The translations under genes were made by a program, and so were the position numbers. From assembly GCA_964016885.1 (NCBI GenBank), contig OZ024743.1:111662001-111726000 (forward strand): a DNA stretch of 64,000 nt, in the 5' to 3' direction. The notes beneath the pieces were generated by a model. That model worked only from the letters and a program-made list of their open reading frames with translations, ran no database searches and was not told where the DNA came from. This stretch comes from Eledone cirrhosa. Lineage: Eukaryota. Below are positions 34,280 to 47,609 of the stretch, one piece after another (within the stretch, counting starts at the first letter, position 1; each line of letters opens with the position of its first letter).

Positions 34280-35705
34280 AGGATAGGTGGCGTATTGGCA
34301 GTCTTTAGAAGGTGGGATTGCATTTTTCTGATATAAGGTCCGGCACTCTGACTTCCCTGAGTTCAAATCACACCGTGATAAGATTTGCCTTTAATCGATT
34401 AGAAGTCGATAACACATTTTACCAGCACCGTACCGGATCGATTCTGCCTTTCGCCCACCATCTCTGGATGAAAACCATTCTGTTCAGACATGGAGAGGTG
34501 ATGAGTTCTACCATGTTTAAATTGCCCAAGACATGCCCTATGTCAGCATCTCACCACCCCGATTCGATTTTCAGGAACTACATCACTTGTAACAGGAAAG
34601 TATAACCAGACTCCGTAACTTGTCCATAATGTTTCCAGTAGAGTGTAACGAAGATTCAGATAGTCGGGTTCCTTGAGACTTCAACCCCGCCATCATTATC
34701 ACCATCTCAACTACCACTATCACCATAACAATCATCATCATCACCACAACTAGAATGTTTAATTTATGCAATCAGATTGGTATGGTATGGTCCCGTAACT
34801 CCTCATACAGCATTTCTTGGGCATTTTAAGCCTCCAGGTCCGAGTGCAGGAGATTTCTTCCAGAGAGAGAAAGAATCGACCCCAGATTGACGATATTAAA
34901 ATTATAGCAATGCCTGAATTAGGCATAATGCTAGTAGACTAATATTTAAGTTTATGGACCTCGACCTCAGTAAGATTTCAACTGTGCATGTAAAGATCCA
35001 TATCAAAATTCGCAAAGCCTTCCACGTGAAATTCTACTGACTCCTTCAAAATACGTACAACAAAGAGTCTGAAAATGTGCTAAAGAACTCAGCGTATAAG
35101 AGAAATAGATAGTCAATTAAATTGCGCTAAATAATTCAATGAAAGTTATTTCAACGACGCCGTAAGAGCAAATGATTAACGTTGTGTTTGTTGGGAATTG
35201 AAATATGGACTTAAAATTAATTATTAAATACGTCACTGAATTTAGTCTGAAGCTCAACTGTTTCTAATTCTATCTGACACTGGCACAAGGCCAGCAATTT
35301 GGAGCAAGTCGAAAGAGACTACTTTATTACTATTTTGATTTATCGAATCCGGAATGATGAAAGGAACTATTAACATCGGTAGGATTTGAAGTTAGCATAT
35401 AAAAAGATGTGTGTGAATGACAAAAAGCATTATATCCATTGCTCTAACTATACTGAAACACATATGCCCTCGCACTAACTTCAATAATAATGGTTTCTAT
35501 ATTTAGCACAAGACCAGCTGTTATTGGGGAAGGTAAAAGGCGATTATATCGACGTAGATTGGAATTTTTTTTATTTTATCCATCTCGGAAGTTTGAAAGG
35601 CAAAGTTTATATTGGAGAGATTTGAGCTTAGAATATATAGAGAAGTGTTTGAATGCCATACCCCATTCTGTCCGAAACACTAACAACTCTGCTAACTCAC
35701 TGCCC
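34280..35705. mobile_element. Cluster of old degenerate SINE family 1 relatives (+ ~34280-34460; - ~35280-35460 and ~35490-35705)
   Basis: gagttcaaatcacacc..tttgcctttaatc; ggcacaaggccagcaattt..gatgaaagg..ggatttgaa; gcacaagaccagc..tgaaaggcaaagtt. Confidence 0.65.
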
Positions 35706-37222
35706 TTGCACTAACTTTAATATCAATAATCATAAATATAGCCTGATATATAGATCAAATATAAAAATAACATGGCTATGAAAACTACGCTCCTCATAAT
35801 TATGTGATTTTATCAAAGTTCTTTGTACTACACTTACGCCTCTGCAACTGTTAATGTACAACTGCTATTAATGTTGACTATGCCTCATCACTATCGATAG
35901 TTTTGTCATAACTGATATATCTGCCACTACCCAATCTCTATTTTCAGGTTCTTTCTACTACTACGAAATGTACCAACACAGCCACGCCTATTCTAGTGTA
36001 TGTTTCTACCCCAGGTTCTCAAATGACATGCAATGCATAAACAAATTATGTCCTCTCATACATTGATAAACCTGTAACAAGTTAAAGAACGGGGCTTAAA
36101 AATATGGCGTGTTGTAAATTTGCCAGCTTTATATATATATAGAATTTTGCAAATAATGCATTTACGAGAATTTGTTTATGCATATGGTGCGGAGTCAACG
36201 GGATCGTATTATGTAACAGTTGCACTAACACAGCATGATGTACCATGGAGTAATGTTCCTAAAATGCTTTAGTATTTGGTGCTCTCACATGATTACAGCT
36301 TAAAACACAACAGGTGTTTATGTATTTTCATTATCATAAGTATATACTACCATATAAGCCTCTATGCTGTGACACCCTATGTTAATGTCTGTGCTTGTAT
36401 ATGTATTTATATGTGTAATATATCAAATGTGCAAAGTAGAATAATCAGTGATCTGACCTCACATAGATATATGTATTAAGTGCAGATAATTAAATCTAAT
36501 TGTTTAAATGTCTGTTGAATTACCACCAGTTCAGGTATGTGTAAACAGAACTATAATCAAAGTCATTGACCATCCCGCTCTTTGCGATAAGGACACTATT
36601 TCTTGTGAATATAAAAAAAAAATGTATCTTATCCCTAGCAGGTCGATTTGTCATTTTAAAGATCCTAAATTGGTTCAATTGCAAAGGATATGGCAATGTT
36701 AATTTTTTTCTCTGGAGTTCAAAATCAATGGTTTTCCACACGGAACTGCCTCGCGAACAGTTCTGAATAACAGAATAGTTAGTAGACGATACTTAATATA
36801 CATATACATATATTATCCGCCTTTTGTTTGCAATAGCTCAACTTCGGATACATGACATGATATTAACTTACACATTTATTATATATACACATGCTGAGAA
36901 GCTGAAGAAAATATATAGATGAATATATGCAGTGTAAACAAGAACCGGTGAATGAATATGTGAATTTCTACGTCCGTTTCAGAACACTAATGTAAGTGAT
37001 ATATTATTTGTCGAGCTTCAAATACGTATTTCTAGCAGCGGATGAAGTTATATAGATAACGTGAATTGAACACCAAAAGGTTAAAAAATAGATTCGAAGT
37101 ATAATCATTGTTTTCAACGTATACTATACTTTATATGCTTGCTTGTCTACGTAATCAAAATGCAATTTGTTATGCACATTCGCATAGACATGATTATCTC
37201 TATCCTACATATATACAGATAT

Positions 37223-37371
<149 letters not shown>

Positions 37372-37533
37372 TATATGTATATATCTATATATATATAATA
37401 TATATATATATAAATTTTGAGTATGTGTTGGGTTGTTTACCGACACCTAAGTATGCAGGTAGGAGCACTCAACGAAGTGCGCATGCTGGTTTGTTCAGTC
37501 CGGAGCAATGTAAAGCAATAAGTGTAATTCAAA

Positions 37534-37588
37534 CATGTTATATATATTTCAGTGACAGTCCTTATTGGCTGTGACCTCATCAGGCCGT
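37534..37588 (-). ncRNA. Minimal hammerhead of the 52290 family; core intact, stem I decayed
   Basis: CTGATGA-GGTCACAGCC-AATAA-GGACTGTCACT-GAAA-TATATA-TA. Confidence 0.6.
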
Positions 37589-37700
37589 AAGAATTAAGGC
37601 AGGAAAACAAATGTAGTAATGGGTTCTACCCTGTTAATTCATCGATATGTCGAGCTCCTGGGGGTTTTGCGTTAGTCCTGAAAGGAACTGGAATCATACG

Positions 37701-37764
<64 letters not shown>

Positions 37765-37816
37765 CAAGTGTTGCACCAAGAAAAACACAGGCTCGAAGGA
37801 AAGTAGTCATTCGTTG

Positions 37817-37929
37817 GCTTTAACATATGTTTCTGTGTCTATTATAAATGACTACATATGCTGACTAAAATATATATATTGTTCAATCATATGCAACACT
37901 TAATTATTTATCACATGTCTTCAGAAAGC
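37817..37929 (-). ncRNA. Type I hammerhead with long stem II
   Basis: GCTTT-CTGAAGA-CA-TGTG...CACA-GAAAC-ATAT-GT-T-AAAGC. Confidence 0.65.
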
Positions 37930-38321
37930 TTATAATTATGCAATCAGATTGGTATGGTATGGTATGGTATGGTCCCGTAACTCCCGATAGTATTTTAGGG
38001 GCGCCGTATTGCATGTCTTAGAATTAGGATGTGCACTCTAACATTGCAATATACATACATGTATGTGAGGTTTGTATATAGTTTAATATACGATATGTTT
38101 CCCAATAAACATTTTAAAGCATTTAACTATGAATTGTAAAGGTGATAACTGACGACATCTACATTGTTCCACTAGAAGCAAGGGGAAGCAACCGGCTGAT
38201 GTTTTTGATTGTTGTTCGTTGTTAAGGTTACGTACACTTTCCTTGCTCCCTACGGGAACTCAAATTAGCAGTAAGTATATAGTTTTATTGCTTATATGGA
38301 TTGATTAGCCTCGTTTGCTTA

Positions 38322-38420
38322 CAGGGTATCCCAAAAAAATGTATACGTACTTCAATAGCATTCTAATAAACATTACCTGTACATGTAATCAAAGTGTGTA
38401 TACGTTTTAGGGGACACCGG
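38322..38420. mobile_element. Tc1/mariner-type MITE
   Basis: TA|CAGGGTATCCCAAAAAAATGTATAC...GTATACGTTTTAGGGGACACCGG|TA; imperfect TIRs with TA TSD. Confidence 0.75.
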
Positions 38421-38444
38421 TATATATAAACTGAAACAAAATTT

Positions 38445-38590
38445 CTTTTTGGGGTGATATAAATTAAATCGGTTTTACTTATATAGTTCCCTAACCATGT
38501 TTTCTGGAGTTCAAAACATTACATTAACCATTCAAAGACATTGAAATAATCAATACTGGAAGAATTACAATACCCTCATCAGGGTGGAAT
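38445..38590 (-). mobile_element. Dispersed repeat with degenerate long-stem-II hammerhead; inverted homologue at ~53812-53965
   Basis: CC-CTGATGA-GGGT...ACTCCA-GAAAAC-ATG-GTT-A-GG; shared ttctggagt(t/c)caaaa..tacattaaccattc..tggaaga(a/t)ttacaat. Confidence 0.55.
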
Positions 38591-38779
38591 TATTTGGAAG
38601 AGGAGATGTTGAATACGTTTCATACCTATGTCGTTGCCGGCTGCATTGTGTCCAACGTACTATGTCTCTAAATTATTTTATCAATATATCCCCCTCAATG
38701 TGTTATTACTACACGACAGACTTATATTAACGCTAGAAATAACAGCCCAGAGCGTATAAACCAGCTCAACATTGTTGGA

Positions 38780-39265
38780 GTAGTTAAATATATGAACATA
38801 TAAATATATATATTTCATCAATAAGAAATCACCCAGAGAACATCAAAATTGCTCCTGTAGAGTAAAGAGTGAATGCAAAACCAAAGCCATTGTATATGCG
38901 GCTAAAGTGACAACCATCAGCAACAACCAACCAGCCACCAGCGAACGATATGTGGGTATGACACATTCAAAACGCGTTATTATTCACATGTCGCATATTT
39001 CCGACATCCAGAAAAAAGATTCACAACAGATCTGGCTAGCAGAATATGGGATTTGAAAGAACAATATATCCAATATAAATTGGATTGGTCAATTTTGAAC
39101 CAATATAAAGAATATGCAAGAGGAACAAAAAGATGCACACTCTGCATAAGTGAAAAATATTGGATTTTACAGAACCTTAAATCACCAAAACCTGCCTAAA
39201 TACAAAAACAGAAATGTTCACCAGTTGCCCACACATGAAATCACACTTGCTTTCCAGCTCATATA
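38780..39265 (+). pseudogene. Penelope-like element GIY-YIG endonuclease remnant (second PLE lineage)
   Basis: CSCRVKSEC..IVYAAKVT..YVGMT/FKTRYYSH..F..TTDLASRIWDLKEQ..WSIL..CTLCISEKYWI/CLNTKTEMFTSCPH; frameshifted. Confidence 0.85.
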
Positions 39266-40499
39266 AACTTAACTCACTTTCAGATACTTATCCTCCATAA
39301 ACTCTTATTCTTCACTTACCTTAAATTATCCTCTTTACAGACTTCTCTTTCTGATTTACTTTCATTTTTAACTTTATTTTTAATTTTATTTTTATTTTTA
39401 CTTCACATCCACCAGTAACTCCACCAACCTACTGTTCGATTCACTTACCTAATATCTTCACATTCCACATTTTACTTCCCCATTTGTTTTCACTACCTGA
39501 CACCAAATGTCAATTGCGTTTTCCACTTCAGATATATTCTGTTGTTTCGCAGCCGATTTTATATTTCTACTCATTTATTCATACGACTGGTTTATAATCT
39601 GTATCTATGCGTGTGAGTGTGCATATGTGCGTATACGTTCTGTATATGTATACGAACGCCTCCTTATGTGTGCGTGCGTACGTATATATATGTGTGTGTA
39701 TGTGTGTTTTTATATCTATGTTTTTTATATATCTCTGTTTTTTACATACTTATTTATACGTGTGTGTGTATGCGGGTGAATGTATGTGTATGTATATGTG
39801 TATATGTATGCGTGTGTATGGGTGTGTGTATATATGTATTTATATATGTATAGTCGCGTACGTACGTGTGATTAGATATACATGTGGCGAAATATATATG
39901 TATACGTGCCTCGTGTGTATGTATGCACGCATGCATGCGCTTTTGTCTGTACGTATTTGTGTGTATAAATATTTATATATATATATGTGTGTGTGTACGT
40001 GCGTACCTATGTTTGTTTTCTTTTTTTTAGTGTTAATTGGTTACTTTCTCTTTGATTTAAAATGTTTTTTTCATTCTTATATATTGTTTCATGTTTATAC
40101 ATATATCGAGAATGACACTACTTTTTACTATTACACTCGCTTCCCTCTTTATTTTCCGCATATAAGTGACCAAGCGTGTGTGTATTTAATACCTGTATAT
40201 GGATGCGTGTTAACCATATTATCTTACACGTTCTTTTTCAACTCATATTATATACGTATTTGTGGTCACATATACAGAAATATACTTGCCCTCATATATG
40301 TACTTATGCACAGAGTTTCACCATAAACATGCATTTGTACATACACACATAGGTACATTTGTGAGTGTATATACATACACATATCCTAACTATATTTCCT
40401 TATTTTTTTTATATATCTCTTGCATTACTTTTATTTATATATTTTTTGTCCGTTAAACTCTTGCGTTTCTTGAGGAGACTTTTCAAATATTTATCGTAT

Positions 40500-41539
40500 T
40501 GCTATCGTCACCAACGTATACCTTCCTGCCAGATTGTTGAACGTATATACTTAGCTTATGCATATTAATGGCTGAGTAGCCCAATTTGCATATCGAGTGG
40601 GTTAATCGGCCGAAAACGATAAACGGAAAAAATGAAACCAAATATCATTTCCCACTCTTAGTACGGCTGTTACTTAAATATAAGTATGTACACGTACATA
40701 CATATATGTATACAGACATACAGTAGTATGTATATATATATATATATACATGCACACATATATATATGTACGTATGGATTCACCGAACATTTATTATAAT
40801 AAAGGTATAAGGTATACGTTGCTGACGATAGCTAATAAGCTTGAAACTAGTACAGCGTTCCTTTGTCAGTGTTGAACAAACGAGCAACGATGGTTGCTAG
40901 ACACTACGGCTTAATACGGGATGTTTGTTTACAAACACACCGAGCATTATAATAAATGTTCGGTGAATCCATACGTACATATATATATATATATGTGTGC
41001 ATGTATGTATATATGTATACATACTACTGAATGTCTGTATACATATATGTATGTACGTGTAAATACTTATATTTAAGTAACAGGCGTACTAAGAGTGGGA
41101 AATAAAATTTCGTTTTATTTTTTCCGTTTATCGTTTTCGGTGCACCCGGCCGATTAACCCACTCGATATGCACATTGGTCTACTCAGCCATTAATATGCA
41201 TAAGGTAAGTATATACGTTCAACAATCTGGCAGGGGGGTTGCTGACAATAGCTAATAAGCTTGAAACTAGTACAGCGTTCCTTTGTCAGTGTTGAACAAA
41301 CGAGCAGCGATGGTTGCTAGACACTACGGCTTAATACGTGATGTTTGTTTACAAACACACTGAGCATTATAATAAATGTTTGGTGAATTCATACGTGCAT
41401 ATATATATGTGTGCATGTATGTATATATATATACACACTACTGTACGTCTGTATACATATATGTATGTACGTATCCATACTTATATTTAAGTAACACCCG
41501 TACTAAGAGTGGGAAATGAAATTTCGTTTCATTTTTTCC

Positions 41540-41545
<6 letters not shown>
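40500..41545 (+). mobile_element. Non-coding retrozyme-like / PLE pseudo-LTR array: inverted partial unit plus tandem 420-bp units, each starting with an HHR
   Basis: 40821.. repeats at 41241..; 40500-40800 is the reverse complement of ~40946-41255; ends in (TA)n. Confidence 0.85.
40816..40858 (+). ncRNA. Minimal type I hammerhead (dimer type)
   Basis: ACGTTG-CTGACGA-T-AGCT-AATA-AGCT-T-GAAAC-TA-GT-A-CAGCGT; GUA site; second copy at 41237-41278 has G8>A. Confidence 0.75.
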
Positions 41546-41594
<49 letters not shown>

Positions 41595-41752
41595 GGTATC
41601 AACTGTAAGTTGTGGGGTCTATTCTGCATGAAAAACTCGATGTAATCCATATGTTGAAAATGTAGTAGCTAATATATATGTATATATATACATACATATA
41701 GGTATGTGTGTCTATACATATGAACACATGTATATATACATATACATATATA

Positions 41753-41798
<46 letters not shown>

Positions 41799-42532
41799 GA
41801 CACATACACACACACACACACAGATATATATATATAGAGAGATAGATAGATAGATAGATACATATATACATCTATATATCTAAAGTACATATATAGATAA
41901 ATATATTTACATATATATATATACATATATATACATATACATATACATATATATATATATATTTATACACACACATGCACAAATATCTACTCATATTCAT
42001 ATACGAATATGCATAAGTGTATACATACACATACTTATAACACATACATACTATACGCGCGGTACAGATCATATATAAACATATTTACTCTACCACATAC
42101 TGTACATATAGATATACACGCATACATACACCAATACATGAAAGTGTACACACAAAAGCATATGCATACCCTTACGTATTAACACAAGCTTATTCGTTTT
42201 ACACTCATTTATACCAGACACATTCATATACACACTTCACACACACGCATACAGACAAGCACTGGCAACTCATAGCTATCCATACGGGAACACGATCACA
42301 CAAAGACATACACCTACCACGTACATGCATACTCACATGCTCACACATATAGAGAGAAACATGTACAGACAGACATATGCACACAAACACACTTACACAT
42401 AGATATACACATATACGTATACGGAGGATACACATATAAACATCCACGTATTATATATGGACACACATACAAATACACATACAAATACACAGTAACACGC
42501 GCACACAGTAACGGATAAACACATACACACAA

Positions 42533-42586
<54 letters not shown>

Positions 42587-42699
42587 TTGTGCGTGTGTGT
42601 GTAAGTATGGATATGTATGCACGTATATGTGTGTATGTCTCTGTGTGTGTGTGTAAGTCTGGATATGTATGTACGTATATGTGTGTGTGTGTGTGTGTA

Positions 42700-42732
<33 letters not shown>

Positions 42733-42735
<3 letters not shown>

Positions 42736-42922
42736 TTGTTTCTACGTTAGGCACAAGGCCAGCAATAACCAGTGCATTACTGGTACTTTATTTTATCGAC
42801 CCCGTAAGGATGAAAGGCAAAGTTAACCTCGGCGGGATTTGAACTCACAATGGCAAGGGCCGTAACTCTATACGTCAAAGCATGGCGTCCGACCCTCTAC
42901 CAATACTGCCAATCCACCGCCC
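42733..42922 (-). mobile_element. SINE family 1 copy
   Basis: Full-length match; flanks share tatatattaat. Confidence 0.9.
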
Positions 42923-43038
42923 TTATATATATTAATATGTAAACACAGTAAACCCGTGTCTAAAATTACCAGGGTAGATTTCACCACAAATGTTATAATA
43001 CAGGGTATTGATATGAGTTATTAACTCTATATTTTATT

Positions 43039-43143
<105 letters not shown>

Positions 43144-43349
43144 GAATATATATATATACACACACACACACCCACACATATACGTACATACATATCCAGA
43201 CTTACACATTCACTTAGACACATACAAGTACAGTTTCCTGCAGAATCATAGGATGTGGTATTGGCTGTTGTGTGGATTTTAAATAACACAGTCACGTATT
43301 ACCTCGCAACTCTGATGTAATGACACCGGCACACTGGTAGTGACATGGA

Positions 43350-43737
43350 CGACAATGATGGTGGTGGTGGTGGTGGTGGTGGTGGTGGTGGTGGGTGGCT
43401 GGTGTGTGTGTATGGGGGGGGGGGGCTGGTGTTGTGGTGGTGGAGCTGGTGGTGGTGGTGGCGGTGTTGTTGTTGTTGTTGTTGATGGTGGTGGAGTGTT
43501 GCTGCTAGTGTTCGTGGTTGTGTTGTTGGTTTTGTTGGAGGTGGTGGTGGTGCTGTAGATGGTGGTGGTGGTGTTGTTGGTGGTGGAGGTGGTGGTGGTG
43601 GTGGTGTTGTTGTTGTTGTTGGTGGTGGTAGTGGTGGTGGAGTGTTGCTGCTGATGTTCGTGGTTGTGTTGTTGGTTGTGTTGGAGGTGGTGGTGGTGCT
43701 GGAGCTGGTGGTGGTGGTGTTACTGGTGGTGTTGTTG

Positions 43738-43769
<32 letters not shown>

Positions 43770-43895
43770 GTTGTTGTTGTTGGTGGTGGTGGTAATGGTG
43801 GTGGAGTGTTGCTGCTGATTTTCGCGATTGTGTTGTTGGTTGTGTTGGAGGTGGTGGTGGTGCTGGAGCTGGTGGTGGTGGTGTTACTGGTGGTG

Positions 43896-43927
<32 letters not shown>

Positions 43928-44068
43928 GGTGGTGGTGTTGTTGTTGTTGGTGGTGGTGGTAATGGTGGTGGAGTGTTGCTGCTGATTTTCGCGATTGTGT
44001 TGTTGGTTGTGTTGGAGGTGGTGGTGGTGCTGGAGCTGGTGGTGGTGGTGTTACTGGTGGTGTTGTTG

Positions 44069-44100
<32 letters not shown>

Positions 44101-45735
44101 GGTGTTGTTGTTGTTGGTGGTGGTGGTAGTGGTGGTGGAGTGTTGCTGCTGATGTTCGTGGTTGTGTTGTTGGTTGTGTTGGAGTTGGTGGTGGTGCTGC
44201 CGCTGTGGTGGTGGTGTTACTGGTGGTGTTGTTGGTGGTGGTGGAAGTGGTGGTGTTGTTGTTGTTGGTGGTGGTAGTGGTGGTGGAGCGTTGCTGCTGA
44301 TGTTGGTGGTTGTGTTGGTGGTTGTGTTGGAGGCGGTGCTGGTGGTGGTCTTGTTGGAGGTGGTGCTGGTGGTGGTGCTGGTTGTGGTGGTGTTACTGGT
44401 GGTGTTGGTGGTGGTGGTGGTGGTAGTGGTGTTGTTGTTGGTGGTAGTAGTGGTGGTGGAGTGTTGCTGCTGATGTTGGTGGCTGTGTTGTTGGGGTTGG
44501 AGGTGGTGGTGGTGGTGCTAGTGCTGATAGTGGTGGTGGAGTGTTGCTGCAGGTGTTGGTGGTGAGTTGTTGGTGTTGGTGTCGGTGGTGGTGGTTTTGC
44601 TGGAGGTGGTGGTGCTGGTGTTGGTGGTGTTGTTAGTGTTGGTGGTGTTGATGGTGCTGGTGGTGGTAGTGGTGGTGGTGTTGCTGGTGTTGGTGCTTGT
44701 GTTGTTGTTGGTAGTGGTGGTGGTGGTGGTTGTGGTGGTGGGAGAAGCAATGGTGGTGCGTGGTGGTGGTGGTGGTGGTGGTGGTGGAGGTGGTGATGTT
44801 GCTGGTGGTGAGAGGTGGTGGTTGTGGTTGTGGTGTTGTTGTTGGTGTTGTTGTTGGTGGTGGTGGTGTTACTGGTGCTGGTGATGGTGCTGGTGCTGGT
44901 GATGGCGGTGGTGCTCTTGATGGTGGTGGTGTTTCTGGTGCTGGTAGTGGTGGTAGTAGTGGTGGTGCTGCTGGTGGTGGGCTGGTGCTTGTGGTGTTGG
45001 TGTTGTTGGTAGAGGGATGATTGTGGTGGTAGTGGTAGTATTGGTGGCTTTGGTAAAAGGGTAATGGTGTAGTTGTTGTTGTTTGTGTTGGTGGTAGTAG
45101 TTGTAGTCGTGGTGGGGGATGGTAGTGTTGATAGTAGGGCGGTAGTAGTGCTGTTGCTGGTGGTGGTGGTGTTTGTAGTCGTGGTGGGAATGGCAGTGAT
45201 GATAGTAGGGGTGGTAGTAGTGCTGTTGCTGGTGGTGGTGGTGGTGTTGGGGATGACAGTGTTGATAGTAGTGGTGTTAGTGATGCTGTTATTGTGACTG
45301 TGTCTGTGGGCTTTGCAGCTCTTGTTTGCAGATGGTGTTGGTGAAGGTGGAGGTTTTGTTAACGGTGGCGACCGTGGTAGTGATGATGGTAGTGTTATTG
45401 TTATTGTTACTGTGTGTAGTGGTGGTGGGTGTGTGGCTGATGATTGTTGCACTGCTGATAGTGTTATTGTTGTTGTTCTTGTTGTTAGAAGTAGTGGCAT
45501 TGGTGATGCTGCTGCTGGTGCGGGTGTGGGTGATGGTATTATTATTTTTGGAGTCGAGGTGATGGTTGTGATGCTGGAAGTGGTGGTTCTTCCTGTCCTG
45601 GTGGTTTGATGATTTCGCTGGTTGAGGTGGCGATGTCGGTTGTTGTGGTGGGGGATGTTGATGATGGGCGCTTGTTGGGGGTACAGCACTGGTGTTGTTG
45701 TTGTTGGTTCTGGTGCTAGTGCTGGTGCTGGTAGA
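43350..45735. repeat. Degenerate (GGT/GTT)n array with a ~150-170 bp higher-order unit over 43487-44480
   Basis: ggtggtggagtgttgctgctga..ttcg..gttgtgttg recurs about seven times. Confidence 0.9.
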
Positions 45736-45836
45736 GATTGTTACATATAACCGCCAGGGATCGTGTACACGATATGACAGGGAATTATTCATCTAATCAA
45801 ATCCTACTACTACCTTACAACAGAGTGTAGATTAAA

Positions 45837-46025
45837 TAATTGTTTCTACGTTAGGCACAAGGCCAGCATTTCCCAGTGCATTACTGGTACTTTATTTTAT
45901 CGACCCCGTAAGGATGAAAGGCAAAGTCAACCTCGGCGGGATTTGAACTCAGATCGTAAAGGGACGTAACTATGCTGGAAAGCATGGCGACCGAGCCTCT
46001 ACCGATACTGCCAATCCACCACCCT
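45837..46025 (-). mobile_element. SINE family 1 copy with 15-bp TSD
   Basis: TGTAGATTAAATAAT at 45826-45840 and 46026-46040. Confidence 0.93.
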
Positions 46026-46149
46026 TGTAGATTAAATAATATCTTAGATATATACGTTTAAAAGGTCGTTTTACCTATGAAAACCTTCCAACTTAATTCT
46101 GCTCGATCAATGCTGAGCGGATGTTTTAACAATAAAATCCACTAGAGAA

Positions 46150-47060
46150 ACGATTTAAAATATAGACACAAGACCAGGATATTTTGAAAAATTTCAAATG
46201 TTATTAAAATCGACCTCAGAACTTGACTGGTACTTTATTTTATCTATCTCTGAACGATGAAAAGTAATGTTTTACTCGGCGGCATTTGATCTCAGAGCTT
46301 ATAAAGTCGTTACTAAATACCTCAAAACGTTTTGTCCGACATTCTAGGAAATCTGCCATCCAGAGCCTTCAAAATCTGCAAGAACAATGATTCCTGGTTT
46401 AGTCAAAAATTATAGCAATTCGTTGAGTGGGAAAATATGACTGACTATGTTGACCCATTGCTTTACTTGTTCTTTATTTTATGTGCCTCGAATGGGTGAA
46501 AGGGAAAGTTGTCCTTTGCAGCATTTGAACTCATAACGTAAAGAGCCGGAATAAATACCTTAAAACATTTTTCTAACAAGCTAACGAAACTGCTAGTCTA
46601 CCACCCTGCCAACAAACGTTAGGATAATACAATAAAAATGAGTGCAGACGAAGGATGATTTACAGTTCACTACTTTAAATTTGCAACGTAAAAATTCTTT
46701 AGATTAATCTACTCCTAGTCGTACTAAACTCAGCGAAGGATAATAAGGTTTTCAATTTGATGATGCTAATCTCGATGTTATATGGCAATTGAAACCAATA
46801 ACAATAGAATTATTGATTTATAACATAAGCACAATGCCGTGTATTGTTGGGGAATGAATAATCGATTAAATCGGCAGCAGTGCTAGACTCGTTCTTATAT
46901 TATCTATCCTGAAATTCAGAAAGGTACAGTTGACCTCGATAGGAATAGAACTCTGAACGTAAAAAAAAAAAAAAAAATGAAAAGTAGTGGAAACAAGGGA
47001 GCTAAATAACAATGGATTTTTCATAGCATTCTAGTGATTCTACTGACAACCACCACCCCT
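46150..47060 (-). mobile_element. Three old degenerate SINE family 1 relatives in the same orientation
   Basis: acacaagaccag..actggtactttattttatc (46166-46360); tctttattttatg..tgaaagggaaagttg..tttgaactc (46400-46605); gcacaatgcc..gaaaggtacagttgacctcg (46830-47060). Confidence 0.65.
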
Positions 47061-47169
47061 TAAATATATTCAGAACTCTTCTGGTTTGGTTCACAATTTA
47101 CTCGTCAATTCATTGAGGATTATCAACATACTCTGAAGGAGTGAAAAGATATGCTGCATTTTAGCTTTG

Positions 47170-47364
47170 CAGTCCTGTCAACTCTCCCTGCCCGACGGGG
47201 AGATCTCTCACCCACTTTGGAGTGGGTGAGAGATGTCTTCTTTTGGGAAAATGGTTATAGCTTTTATTATGTAAAATCTCCCCATTTTAACTCATTTCTC
47301 CCCGTTTTGTGGCACTGTTTTTCTTGGTACTCCTCGTTTGGGTTTTTAGAGTTTGGCAGGTCTG
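47170..47364. mobile_element. MITE-like element with an internal 14-bp perfect hairpin
   Basis: Imperfect TIRs CAGTCCTGTCAACTC / GAGTTTGGCAGGTCTG; hairpin ATCTCTCACCCACT-TTGG-AGTGGGTGAGAGAT at 47203-47234; no clear TSD. Confidence 0.55.
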
Positions 47365-47609
47365 GCTTACTTAAAATGGGAAAAATGTAGAAATATATAT
47401 AGGGTTAATTGATACCTTCACGTACGTTTTTAAGATAAATCAGTCCCACCGAAGCCCCTCCTGTAACAATATATATCATTTTTTTCTAAAATACATATTC
47501 CTTTCAGACACTCTAAAGCATATTTCTGTGACTAAAGATTTTCCAAACCAGCAGGCTTATTATATCGCTAGTTACCCCTATTTCATCGGAGTTAAACTTC
47601 GAAAAGAAC

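Noticed and set aside
44217-45792. 490-aa Thr/Pro/His-rich ORF
   Set aside because: Same artefact within the (GGT/GTT)n array
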